Source of the DNA: an uncultured Planctomycetota bacterium
GTDB taxonomy: Bacteria > Planctomycetota > Planctomycetia > Pirellulales > Lacipirellulaceae
Direction: 5' to 3'
Length of the DNA stretch: 64,000 nucleotides
Assembly: GCA_963719315.1 (NCBI GenBank)
Contig: CAVRBU010000001.1
Span: 192,001-256,000, forward strand
Both the position numbers and the translations under genes were made by a program. The notes under the pieces are model-generated. The model saw only the letters and a list, made by a program, of their open reading frames with translations. It did not search any database and was not told the DNA's origin. Positions 40,231-51,333 of this stretch are shown one piece after another. How positions within the stretch are numbered: the first letter of the stretch is position 1; each line of letters opens with the position of its first letter.

Positions 40231-41805
40231 ATGGAACGCGTCAACAATGATTCGTCACTTTCCAATGCCGGCAACGCCTTGCAGCCGGGGGACTACGTTC
40301 GCCTGCTGCGTACACATATGCGATGGTGGTCGATTCCGGCTGCTCTGTTTGCATTTGTCGCCGGTGCGTACTCGATCATTGCCCCATGCGAATGGAAGGC
40401 GACGCAAGCTTTGATCGTTCGGCCGGAAGTTGCAAGTATTTCCGAAGAGCGACTCGGCAAGTTCTCAGACCTGTCGGAAATGAAGACCTCGCAAGAAACC
40501 ATTTTGGAGCTTGCCAAGAGTCAGGTCGTTATTCAGGCCACGTTGCGTGAGGTCGGTCCGCCATCGGACTATCGCCATATGGCCGATTGGCCAACCGCGC
40601 TCGATGTCGAAGCCTTCCGCGATTGCGTCGACATGCGGCCGCCCGGCGGCGCCGAATTCGGCAAGACCGAAGTGTTTTATCTTACGGTCAGCAACTCAAA
40701 TCGCGGACGAGCCAGCGCACTCATTGTGGCCCTGTGCAATCAACTCGAACATCGAATGCAAGAATTGCGAGACTCAAGCGCTAAGGGCATGATGGCAGAA
40801 CTGCAACGCACCGTGGCAATGGCCAATGGCGATCTCTCCTCGCAAATCATTAAATTGTCGGCGTTTGAAGCGAAGATTGGCGCCGACCTGGCCGAACTCC
40901 GCAACCTTAACGCCGACACCGGCAGCCAGGGCGAAGTTTCGCTCGAGTTGCAAGCGATCGAGGGCGAACGCCGCGCCAACGAGGCACGACAGAGCGAAAG
41001 CGAGCGGCTGCTGAAACTGCTGGTCGCGGCCCAGAATGATCCGCATCAGTTGCTGGCCACGCCCAACAGCCTGCTCGCGTCGCAGCCATCCGTTAGCCAA
41101 CTCAAGAACGCACTCGTCAACGCACAATTGCACACGGCCGACGTGCTCGGTACCCGTAGTGAGAATCATCCGTTCGCCATCGCGGCCCGTGAATCGGAGA
41201 AACTGATTCGCGGCCAACTCAATAAAGAAGTCTCCGTGGCCATTCGCGGTTTGCACGTCGAAATGGAATTGTGCGTCGATCGTGAAAAGTCGCTGGCGTC
41301 GAAGATTGACGCGGCCCGCGAGCGGATGTCTCGGTTGGCCGCAAGTCGCGCCGAGTATGCTAACCTTGTCTCATCGGTGCAGAATCACACGCGGTTGGTC
41401 GAGGCGGCCCGCAAGAATATGGCGGACGCCCGGGCCCGCCAGGCCGGCGCTCATTGTGGCAGCGTGATTAGCCGCATCGACGGCGTCGAAGCGGGGATTC
41501 GCCCGGCCGGCCCGTCTCGCAGGACGGTGGTTGCGGCCGGTGGTGTTGGTGGGTTGCTGCTCGGGTTCGGTTTAGTGTTTCTATTCGCGAATGCTTCGCC
41601 GGTGGCCGCGAACACGGTTGAGCACTCGGCGAATGTTAATGGAGAAACGCCCAAAGGAGTTGTGGCGCCGAAAGTGGCAATCGTGTGTGATTCGCTTGAG
41701 CAGCACTTGGTCAAGCGGCCGCAAGTCGTCTACGAGTCTTTCGGTATGATCCGCGGTATGTCGTTACGAGAAGCCGTCCGCAGCGTCGAACGCCGCTGCA
41801 AATGA
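40231..41805 (+). CDS. Polysaccharide co-polymerase (Wzz/GumC-like; no kinase domain)
   Basis: N-terminal TM (WWSIPAALFAFVAG), long coiled coil, ENHP, Pro then Gly-rich TM (GPSRR..GGVGGLLLGFGL); GAGGA RBS. Confidence 0.8.
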   Translation: MERVNNDSSLSNAGNALQPGDYVRLLRTHMRWWSIPAALFAFVAGAYSIIAPCEWKATQALIVRPEVASISEERLGKFSDLSEMKTSQETILELAKSQVVIQATLREVGPPSDYRHMADWPTALDVEAFRDCVDMRPPGGAEFGKTEVFYLTVSNSNRGRASALIVALCNQLEHRMQELRDSSAKGMMAELQRTVAMANGDLSSQIIKLSAFEAKIGADLAELRNLNADTGSQGEVSLELQAIEGERRANEARQSESERLLKLLVAAQNDPHQLLATPNSLLASQPSVSQLKNALVNAQLHTADVLGTRSENHPFAIAARESEKLIRGQLNKEVSVAIRGLHVEMELCVDREKSLASKIDAARERMSRLAASRAEYANLVSSVQNHTRLVEAARKNMADARARQAGAHCGSVISRIDGVEAGIRPAGPSRRTVVAAGGVGGLLLGFGLVFLFANASPVAANTVEHSANVNGETPKGVVAPKVAIVCDSLEQHLVKRPQVVYESFGMIRGMSLREAVRSVERRCK

Positions 41806-41856
41806 TTCACTCAGGCCGCACTCCGACTTCCCCTTCCCTTCTAAGCGTTTCCCAGC

Positions 41857-43284
41857 ATGCCCGTCGTAACTACCGTTTTCGGACTCGCCGCCGTCGTCTG
41901 GGGGGCTTGCTTCGCCCGCCGCTCGTCGTTGCTGGTGGGCGTTAGTCTTTTACTGGTGGTCAGTTATGCGTTGGGGCACGAGTTCTGGAACACGCGAATC
42001 GGGCCGTTGCCGGTGACGCTGGATCGTGTGTTGCTTGTCGGCCTGCTGGGCGCGTTTGCCGTGCAATGGCGCAGCGGTGCATATTCATTCCGCCAGATGT
42101 CCGGCAGCGACTGGCTGCAGCTTTCAATGTTGGCCGTATTTACCGTGAGCGCCGCGTATAGTGGGCAGCCAGATTTCACGGACGGTGTCACGTCGAAGTG
42201 GGGCCGCTTGGTGACCGGATTCGTGATCCCGGGGATTCTCTACGCGCTGGTGCGACAAATCCCCATTGTGCAGCGCGATTGGTCGCGGATGCTCTTTGCC
42301 CTCATCGCGCTCGGTATTTATCTGGCGTGTACCGGTGTGTTGGAAGTCGCCGGTTGTTGGTCGTTGGTGTTACCACGTTACATCTCCGATCCGAAGCTGG
42401 GCATCCACTTCGGCCGTGCTCGCGGGCCGGAGTTGAATTCTGTGAGCCTTGGCCTCTACCTTACGGCTGGCTGCTTGTGCGCGTGGCTGCTTTTGCCGCA
42501 GGTGCGTCAACGTTGGCAGCAACTCGCGCTGCTCGGCGCAGTGCCGCTGATGGCGCTCGGCGTACTATTGACCTACACGCGTTCGACGTGGATCGGTTTG
42601 GCGGCCAGCGGCTTGGTGGTTGCCGCGTTCCAAATTCCCCGCGGATGGCGCATGCCGGTGTTCGTGAGCGGGGCGGTCTTCGGTATGTTGTTCGCATTCA
42701 CTTCGTGGAACCAATTGATGGGAATCCAGCGCGAAGGCACCGCTGAGGATGCTGAGCACTCGGTGGATCAGCGCGCGTCGTTCGCGTATGTGTCGTGGCA
42801 GATGTTTTGCGACCATCCGATTCTTGGTGTTGGTTTTGGGCGGTTCTTCGACCAGAAGCTGCCGTATCTCTCCGATCGTCGCCAACGCGTCGAACTCGAA
42901 TCGATTCGGGGGTTACATCATCACAACACGTTGCTGAGCGTGTTGACGGAAACCGGATTAGTCGGTTTCGCGGCGTTTATTGCCGTCTTCGTGGCCTGGA
43001 CGCGGTCTGCCTGGCGGCTCGCGACGAGCGCCGTGTCGTCGCAGTGGATTCGCACGCAGGGCCTGCTGATGCTCGCGCTGATCGCGAATTATCTGTGCTC
43101 TGCCGTGTTCCATGATTTAACGCTGCTGCCATCTCAAGAACTGTTGTTGTTCGTGTTCGCGGCTTTGACTGTCAATCTGGATCAGGTCGCGCCAAGTGCG
43201 TGTTCCGCGGCTCCTTTGTGTAGCCCTGCGTTAGCGATGGACATTGCGAAGAACTGGCGGGTCACCAGTTCCACTGGTACCTGA
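41857..43284 (+). CDS. O-antigen ligase / Wzy polymerase family
   Basis: RARGP..N, TYTRSTWIG, HPILGVGFG, HNTLLSVLTETGLVG. Confidence 0.88.
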   Translation: MPVVTTVFGLAAVVWGACFARRSSLLVGVSLLLVVSYALGHEFWNTRIGPLPVTLDRVLLVGLLGAFAVQWRSGAYSFRQMSGSDWLQLSMLAVFTVSAAYSGQPDFTDGVTSKWGRLVTGFVIPGILYALVRQIPIVQRDWSRMLFALIALGIYLACTGVLEVAGCWSLVLPRYISDPKLGIHFGRARGPELNSVSLGLYLTAGCLCAWLLLPQVRQRWQQLALLGAVPLMALGVLLTYTRSTWIGLAASGLVVAAFQIPRGWRMPVFVSGAVFGMLFAFTSWNQLMGIQREGTAEDAEHSVDQRASFAYVSWQMFCDHPILGVGFGRFFDQKLPYLSDRRQRVELESIRGLHHHNTLLSVLTETGLVGFAAFIAVFVAWTRSAWRLATSAVSSQWIRTQGLLMLALIANYLCSAVFHDLTLLPSQELLLFVFAALTVNLDQVAPSACSAAPLCSPALAMDIAKNWRVTSSTGT

Positions 43285-43358
43285 ATCACCGCAAGCGGTG
43301 GCGATCATGCAGCGGGCGGACTATCCGCGCACGATTGGGAGGAGCTATATTCGCCTGT

Positions 43359-44607
43359 ATGCCTCCTTCAAACGTCTTAGTGGTGGTGGTGGACGGCTTG
43401 CGCGCCTCGGCACTCGGGGGGTACGGCAATACGACGTTTCCGACACCCGCGTTGGATCGATTCGCGGCCGAGAGTCTCCTGTTGGACGCTTGCTACGCGC
43501 CAACAGCCGATTTGGCGGGCATCTACCGCGGGCTGTGGCGGTCGTTGCACCCGGCCCGACCGGCGAGTAGCGGAAGTCGCGAGGGTCTTCCGTCGGCGTT
43601 CGCGGTGCGTGGCTATCATACAACGTTGATCAGCGACGATCGGCAGCTTGAATTGCTGGCCGGAACCGACGGCTTTCACGAACGTGTGCTACTGGCAAAT
43701 TCTTCGGACGGTGGCACGCCTCTGTCCCGCTCGGATGACGTTCCCCAAACAGAGCTTGCGCACGTGTTTGCAGCTGCCAGCGAGTTAATTAGCAGCCCCC
43801 GCAATCTCGATGGGGGTGCGGCCGATCACTTGCCGGGTCCAAAACTGGTTTGGGTTCATACTCGGGGAATGTACGGATCGTGGAACGCCCCGCTCGAATT
43901 CCAGCAATCGCTGCTGGATGATGATAGCGCGCCGCCGATCGAGACCACGTCACCGCCCGACTTCACGATCGCCGCCGGCGATGATCCCGATACGGCGTTT
44001 CGTTTTGCTTGCGGCTATGCGGCACAAGTGCTCGCGCTCGATGTCTGTTGGCAAGGGTTACTCGATACGATCGATGAACCGGCGCGCGACAATCCGTGGC
44101 TTGTGATGCTGATCGGCGCACGCGGATTTCCACTGGGCGAACACCGCCGCATCGGTGGCATTGATTCGCGGATGTATGCCGAACAAGTGCACGTGCCTTG
44201 GTTGATTCGCTTTCCGGATGGCCGTGGCCGACTCGCGCGGGTCGGCACGCTCGCGACCCATCTCGATGTTTTACCGACGCTGCTCGATTGGATCGACGAC
44301 GGCGAGCAAGGCGCCGGCCACACATTCGACGGCTTCAGTGCGCTACGGCTAGCGACCAATGAGATGTCGTCCCTTCGCGATGCGATTCTATCGATGGCGG
44401 CGGATGGCGCTTGCTCATTTCGCACTTTCGCCTGGTGTTTGCGCGGACGCACTGTCGCTTGCCGCGGCCGAATTATTCGTGCGCCCCGACGATCGATGGG
44501 AAGCGAACGACATATCGAAGCTCTGCCCCGAAGTCTTGGAGGAGCTACTTGCCTCGGCCGCCAAAACTCTGCGTGGCTTGGAATCTGGCGAGCCGATCCG
44601 TAGCTGA
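43359..44607 (+). CDS. Sulfatase-fold protein lacking catalytic motifs; frameshift near 44442
   Basis: NVLVVVVDGLRA..GYGN..TPALDRFA, GFPLGEH, HVPWLIRFP, DVLPTL; C-terminus ELFVRPDDRWEAND is in a second frame. Confidence 0.8.
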
Positions 44608-44664
44608 ATTCGCAAGAAATCCAGCCGTGACGTTTTGCTGCTGAACTCTTGGGAGTTCAGCTAC
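44599..44664. repeat. Inverted pair of GTAG REP-like palindromes
   Basis: CGTAGCTGAATTCGCAAGAAATCCAG on + and GTAGCTGAACTCCCAAGAGTTCAG on -. Confidence 0.72.
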
Positions 44665-44860
44665 CTCGCTGCTAGCAGTGCAGACGCGCAAGAATTGCGG
44701 GCATTCTGCGAGTGCAAGCTGATCTGGTTGCGGCGGGTTCGACCGCGTACAATCCGCCGCCCGTTGTGTCGCGGGAAACCGTTGCCACAAAAGCATTTAA
44801 CAATTCTCGGTGAGGCCGCCGGCCGCGCCGTGTTCTTTTGCAAATTGGACCTGACGCACC

Positions 44861-47800
44861 ATGTTCGGACACGGACGTCCGTCATCGTTGGCCTTTGCGC
44901 TTGCGCGTACCGCGCTCGCGCTGTGCGCAGTTCTTGCCAACTCAGCCTGGGGTCAGGTAATCACGCCCGTTACCGCTCCTACCAACGAGTCTTCGGGCGC
45001 CGTTCAAATTGCTGCCGCTAGCGAGCCGGTTCGTCTGCGAATCAGTTGGGGCGGCGGCGAAGCCCGTGCTTGGGTTGGTGAAGTTCGGCTCGATAAAGGT
45101 TCGCTTTCGAATTTGAAGCCACTCGGGACTGACCCTGACGCGGCTGGTTCTGTTTGGGTCGAAGGCGGGCGATTGCGGATCGGCGCGCTCAGCCCTCACA
45201 AATCCGACCGCGTTGAAATCGCCGCGGAGTCGGTGCCCAACGCTCAGTTGCTCATCGAATTGGCGGGCGATACCAAAGTTGCGCCTGTTAAGGCTCAGGT
45301 GGCGCTCGATGAGTTGACCCGGCGTCCATTACAGCTTCGGCTGGACGACCAAGGCAACACGCTCGAAATCACGCTCATACCCACACCGATTCTGCAAATC
45401 TCGATCAAGGGCGATCCGCAGTCGCGCGATTCACTCGTCTTTGCGCCCGGCCAGCAGTTGTCGTTCGAGATGGCTCTTCAGCTTCCAAACGCCTTGCATG
45501 GCACTACGCTCGATCTTCAAACAACGCTGTCCCCGGCGCCGAAAGGATGTGCTGTGGACTGATATCCAGAAGTTGCCTGTACCTATCGAGGGACGCCCAA
45601 CGGTTGATCTCAATGTGCCGCTGCAACAGGCTGAGGGCGTCTACACAGTGCATGTCGCCGTTTCGCGACCGAGCGGGTACTTTCGCGATAAGTTCTTTGC
45701 GGCGGCCGCGGCGCCGCTGGCCGAGCGCAGCTTCGAAGTAGTGGTGATTGACCCGCGCCCGGCAGCGCGGTCGGCGAGCGGCCACTGGGTGCCCGTGCTG
45801 GAAATCGATCCGACCAACCCGCGATGGATCGAGCGACTGCCGAGTTGGACGCAATTCCGCCGCATCCCCGGGCTCAGCAATCACGGGTCGCTCGGCAGCA
45901 TTCGAGCCGGCGCCGTCGATTTGCCGTTAGGGCGGTTCATCGAGCTGCCGCCGACCGTGGCCGGGGCCGACCCTCATTGGCAAGGCTATACGCTGCCGCT
46001 GGAAGCAGTCGGTGTGCCCCACATGTTGGAAATCGACTATCCGGCCGACGCCGAGCAGCAATTTGGGCTGAGCATCGTGGAACCGAACGCGGCGGGAGTC
46101 GTCGAAGGTGAATATCGCGATTCTGGTGTGTACGTCGAGGGACTCGGTCGCAGTGAAGTGAAGCACAAACAAACACAGCGACTCATCTTTTGGCCACGTA
46201 CGCAATCGCCATTGCTAGTAGTAACTAATCAACATCCGACAGCCGCCGCGCGCTTCGGGCAACTTCGCGTTTACAAGCGCGTTGGGTCCTTAACTGCGGG
46301 AGCGCCGGTTGCGGCAGCAAATGGACGATTGATGGCCGCGTACTTGGCCCGCCCGCTAGCAGCCGAATCACTGGGCGCGACGCAAGCTAATGAGATTGCC
46401 AATGCCATCGGCAGCATCAAGACAAGCGACGATTCTCAGACATTGTACGAATCCGTCACACGGCTCGCCGACTACGTGCAGTACGGTGGATACAACAGCG
46501 CCGTCGTGGGCACCAAGCTTAGCGATGTCTGGGCCACGCCCGGCGGGCAAGGCGCGACCATTGGCACGACCGATGGACTCGACCTCTCTCTCCGCGTGTT
46601 CGACCGCGAGCGACTGACGCTCCTGCCCGCCATCGAGTTTGCTGCCCCGCTTTCCCAGCTCGAAGAACTTCGCCGCAAAAGCGATCCGCGCGTCGCCGGC
46701 TTGGAGTGGGTTGGACCCGATGGTCGAACTTGGTTGGAAGCCAACGGCACGCGCGGCGGCCGCGCGCCGTACTACAATCTGTTGGATCCGCGCGTTCAAG
46801 AAGCGATTTTGGGAATTGTCCGCAATCTTGTCGCTCGATACGGCAATCACGCCGCATTCGGTGGGCTGGCCGTGCAGCTTTCAAGTGACGGTTACGCACA
46901 ATTGCCGCCGTTGGAATGGGGCATGGATGACGCCACGATCGCGCGGTTCGAGCGCGCCACGGGAATCGCACTAACCGCAACCGGCCCGGGCCGTTTTGCT
47001 GCTCGCAGCGAATTGCTAAGTAACCAGCATGCCGAGGATTGGCGGAGCTGCGCGCGGCCCAAGTAGCCGACTTTTATGAGCGATTGGCAAAGGTCGTTCG
47101 CGGCAACACCAATCGACGTTTATTGTTGACGACTGAAAGCATGTTCGACAACCCGCAGATCGGTCAACGGATTCGTCCCAGATTGTCGGCCGTCGAAAAT
47201 CGAGTCGCGTCGACGTTCGTCGAGTTGGGGCTCGATCGGAATAAAATGCTCGAATCCAAACCCGGGCTGGTGCTCTGCCCGACGCTCTACGTCGAGCCAC
47301 CGACGCCTCTCTGCGACCGCGCGATCGATTTCGAGCTGAACGCGGCGTTTTCCCGTTGGCGACAGCAGCCGAAGTCGTCAGCGATGGGTGCCGCCGTGCT
47401 GTACCATCGTTCGCAACAACTGCGGCTTGCCTCGTTTTCTCGCAGCAACCTACCCTTCAAAGTGGCCGGGGACTTGCAGCTCATCTGCCAACCAATTGCC
47501 TATGGGGTCATGGCTCGGCGGCCGTATGTGCAAGCGCTGTTGGAGGGCGATCCGACAACCGTTATCGACGGTGGCGATCTGCTTTCGATGGGGCAGGATG
47601 AAATGCTGCGGAATGTCCGTGGAGTTCTTGCTGGTTTGCCGACTTCGGCACAAGTTACCGAAATCGCGACGCAACCAGTCATTGTGAGAACGTATGCCGA
47701 AGATAAGCAGACTACGTTTTTGGTGATGAACGCATCGCCGTGGGCCGCTACCGTGCAAGTTACGCTCGACGTTCCGCGCGGCTCGTCGCTTGATCCACTC

Positions 47801-48832
47801 GCGGCGCCTGAAGAAAAAACCGGCAATGCCCCGATCAAGCCGCTTCTGCTTGCGGCCGGGCGACAACCGTGGGCACTCACGCTGGAGCCTTGTGATGTGC
47901 GGGCCGTGCGCATTGCGGTTCCGGGCGCGAAAGCCGTCGAGGTCCATGCCGACTTGAGCGATGTGGCACACGCCGAGTTGAAAGCCCAACTGGCTGAGCT
48001 TGCCAACCGCGACTTGTCAGCGCCGCACACGTGCACCGCGTTGTCTAACCCGAGCTTCGAGCCGCTGGGTGGCCCGCTACCGAGTTGGAGATTGGTGAAC
48101 AATGTGCCGGGCGTTACGGCCATGCTCGATGCAACGGCGCCTCAGGATGGCAAAACGAGTCTGTACTTAAGTAGTAATGGCCTATCGGCGGCCATAGAGA
48201 GTGATGCCTTCCCCATCCCCTCAACCGGTCAACTCGCGATGACTGTTTTCGCTCGTGGCAAAAATATGGGCACCGGCACCGAGGTTCGATTGGTCTTCGA
48301 ATCGGAAGGTGGGCAGCCGGTCTACCGCCGCGCTGCCAGTGTGCGGGGCGCGGAAACGGAACGCGAAAATCAACTGTGGGGTAGGCCATTTGCCATCCTC
48401 GTCAATGATTTGCCTTGTAACTTGCAAAGAAATATGCGGATCGTCTTCGAGCTGACAGGTCCGGGCGAAGTGTGGCTCGACAACGTCAAGCTTTATGATT
48501 TGTTGTTCCCTCTGAAGTTTTACGGAAACGCGGAGGCAGAGATTCTGCAACTTTTCAAACTGACGCACGCGGCCCAGAACGCGTACGACGCGGGCCAGGT
48601 TAGTGACTGCCTGCAGTTGATCGATGGATACTGGCCGCGTTTCGTGATGTCCTACACTGCGCCAGCGGCGCCAAAGGTCGCCGCCATCCCGGCGCCTATG
48701 TCGACGAATGCAGATTCCGTGCACTCGTCATCCGCCCCCGACTCACCTTCGGCTTCGCCATCTAATGAGAGTGAGCAACCACCGCCAGGCGTCGGTGATC
48801 GCTTGAAACGTTGGGTGCCAATTTTGCGTTGA
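44861..48832 (+). CDS. Large secreted protein (about 1320 aa) with a glycoside hydrolase-like (GHL10/DUF187-like) core and a CBM-like C-terminal domain; frameshifts near 45538 and 47050
   Basis: Three abutting + ORFs (44861-45562, 45441-47066, 47039-48832); signal peptide; YYNLLDPRVQEAILGIVRNLVARY; NPSFE..W..VWLDNV. Confidence 0.7.
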
Positions 48833-48908
48833 TCGCTCTCGGTCGCTAAAGATGTTGTTGCACGCCCGTCAACCTAGAATGGCGGCTTGTGAGGTCTCAC
48901 ATCACGTT

Positions 48909-49985
48909 CTAAATTCCAGCACAATCCGCTTCCGTAGCAAGCGGATTCGGAACATCGACGGCCGGATGTACGCCTGGATCATCCGCTACATACCACTTTG
49001 CAAGCACGTCCTGCCATCCACCCGGCTGTTGGACGCTACAAAAGTCGGCACGTACTTCTTTGTGCAGTGGGTGAAGTTGCGAGTACTTGATCGCAAACTT
49101 GCGCATATCGGGCAAACACCGCACTGGCCCGTAAAGCTCTTCCGCCAGTCGGAAGTGTTCGCAAATCACATCGCGCTGTTCGTGCAATGAGGGCGGCGCC
49201 GGCAGCGGAAGGCCAGCCGCGAGCGCCCGAACCTGACTGAAGATCCATGGGTTGCCGATCGCGCCGCGGGCGACGGTGGCGCCGTCAACTCCGGTGAAAT
49301 GCAGCATGTCGAGGCAGGCCTGGGCATTGAACAAATCGCCGCTGCCCAGTACGACGCGGTCGCCGGCATACGTTTTCAGTTCGCGGAGGAACTCCCACCG
49401 CGATGGCCCATTGTAGCGTTGCACGACGGTCCGACCGTGCACGGTAATTGCTGCCGCTCCCAGCGCAAACGCGCCGTCGAAAATCTCGAAGAACATCTCG
49501 CGGCTTTCTGCCGTGTCGTCAATCCCCCGGCGCATTTTCACGGTGACAGGGATATGACTGGGCACCGCGTCTCGGACACGCCGCACAATTTCGAGCGCAA
49601 TCTGCGGCTGGCTCAAGTGATATCCGCCGCGGCACCGACCGAGCACCTTTTTCACTGGGCATCCGAAGTTGATGTCGATCACATCAAAGCCGCTTTCGAC
49701 CAACCGCAGCGCGGCCGGCGCGAAAATGGTGGGGTCGGCCCCCATCAACTGACCTCCGGTCGGGTGCTCCTCGTCGGCCACGTGCAGAAAGTGGCGATTC
49801 CGTCGTCGCGGTTTTAGCTCCACAATGAATTTGTCGAGCATCACTTCGCACAACGTGTACGGCGCGCCCATCCGACGAGCGATGAGGCGCATCGGCATAT
49901 CGCTGTAGCCGGATAGGGCCGCCTGCACGACGGGAAAATCCAGCCGTAACGGGCCGATGCGTAATTCGCGGAGCGGTTGAGTCAT
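48909..49985 (-). CDS. dusB: tRNA-dihydrouridine synthase
   Basis: ALSGYSD.PMR, DINFGCPVKKV, VTVKMR, VHGRT, ARGAIGNPWIF. Confidence 0.88.
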   Translation of the reverse strand: MTQPLRELRIGPLRLDFPVVQAALSGYSDMPMRLIARRMGAPYTLCEVMLDKFIVELKPRRRNRHFLHVADEEHPTGGQLMGADPTIFAPAALRLVESGFDVIDINFGCPVKKVLGRCRGGYHLSQPQIALEIVRRVRDAVPSHIPVTVKMRRGIDDTAESREMFFEIFDGAFALGAAAITVHGRTVVQRYNGPSRWEFLRELKTYAGDRVVLGSGDLFNAQACLDMLHFTGVDGATVARGAIGNPWIFSQVRALAAGLPLPAPPSLHEQRDVICEHFRLAEELYGPVRCLPDMRKFAIKYSQLHPLHKEVRADFCSVQQPGGWQDVLAKWYVADDPGVHPAVDVPNPLATEADCAGI

Positions 49986-51145
49986 GATGTAGATTCTGCA
50001 CCGTCATGTTCGAGTGGGTCAATCGTAGCCCGCAGCGCAGCGTCGATTTCGTCCAGCACGTAAATGTCAATTTCGGTGCCGCGTTGCGATTCCAAAGCGT
50101 ACCGTGCTTCACGGTCGGTGTAGCGCCCGAGCGCCCATGCACACGCACCGCGGACGAGCGGTTCATGATCTTTGAGTCCGCAAATTAGAGCTGGAATTGC
50201 CACCGTTGTCGGCCGATTCCCCAGCACAATTGCCGCGTTCCGCAAGAGTCCGCGACGCCTTGGCCGCCACAGTGGCGTGTGTCGGAAACGTGCACGGAAC
50301 GCCGCATCGTCCAACTCGAACAGTGCGATTAGCTCGATCGGGTTGCTGTCCTCGCGCGGTCCGAACTCCGCTTGCCGACTGAGCGGAGCTCGCGAATTCC
50401 AAGGACAAACGTCCTGGCACACATCGCAGCCAAAGAGCCAATCGCCGACGCCGGGTCGCAAATCGCGCGCAATCGGCCCGCGCAATTCGATGGTCAGGTA
50501 ACTAATGCACCGTGACGCGTCAAGCACATACGGCTGGGCAAACGCCCGCGTCGGGCAGGCATCGAGACACGCCCGGCAGTTGCCACAATGATCGGTCTCG
50601 CGCGACGTATCATACGATAACTCCAGATCCGTCAACAAGGCTGCGAGAAAAAACCAACTGCCAGCCTGTCGATTGATGAGCAGGGTGTTTTTGCCGATCC
50701 AACCCAGGCCGGCAAACTCGGCAAACTCGCGCTCCATCAGAGGAGCAGAATCAACGACGCCTCTCGCAAGTGCGCCCGGAACGCTTTGCTCTAAGAAGTC
50801 GCGCAAGGCATTAAGCCGTTCGCGAATAAGATCGTGATAATCGGCGTCGCCCCACGCGTATCGCGATACCCGCCCCTGCCTTTCTCGTGTCGTGGCCGGA
50901 TCGGCTGTGCGATAATTCATTGCCAGCATGATGATGCTACGCACGCCATCCAGCACTCGATTCGGGTCGCAATACGCCTCGCGACGATCGGCGATGTAGT
51001 TCATTTCACCCGCGTATCCAGCCGCCAACCATTCGTCGAGCCGCTGCGCCCCGGCCGGCGCGATCGCCGGGCAAACTCCACAAAACGAAAAGCCCAATTC
51101 GCCCGCCCGCCGCTTCAATTCGTAGGTCAGATCCGGTCGTTCCAT
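49982..51145 (-). CDS. queG: Epoxyqueuosine reductase
   Basis: SRYAWG..DYH, GWIGKN, CGNCRACLDACP, RCISYLTIE, FGCDVCQDVCPWN, C-terminal HEAT repeat. Confidence 0.94.
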   Translation of the reverse strand: MERPDLTYELKRRAGELGFSFCGVCPAIAPAGAQRLDEWLAAGYAGEMNYIADRREAYCDPNRVLDGVRSIIMLAMNYRTADPATTRERQGRVSRYAWGDADYHDLIRERLNALRDFLEQSVPGALARGVVDSAPLMEREFAEFAGLGWIGKNTLLINRQAGSWFFLAALLTDLELSYDTSRETDHCGNCRACLDACPTRAFAQPYVLDASRCISYLTIELRGPIARDLRPGVGDWLFGCDVCQDVCPWNSRAPLSRQAEFGPREDSNPIELIALFELDDAAFRARFRHTPLWRPRRRGLLRNAAIVLGNRPTTVAIPALICGLKDHEPLVRGACAWALGRYTDREARYALESQRGTEIDIYVLDEIDAALRATIDPLEHDGAESTS

Positions 51146-51333
51146 GGTCGCATTTTAGCGGTTTTGCCGTAGGTCCGCCGGGCCGTGGCAGTCCCCGAAC
51201 CCCAGGGAGGGCCGCTTGGCTCGCGGCTTCTACTCCCTGGAATCGTGTTGAAACACGTTCGACCGCCAATTAGCCTGGAGATAGGGCACGAGGACTGGAC
51301 TGCTACGAAGACTTTTCTTTCGGGGAACATTCG

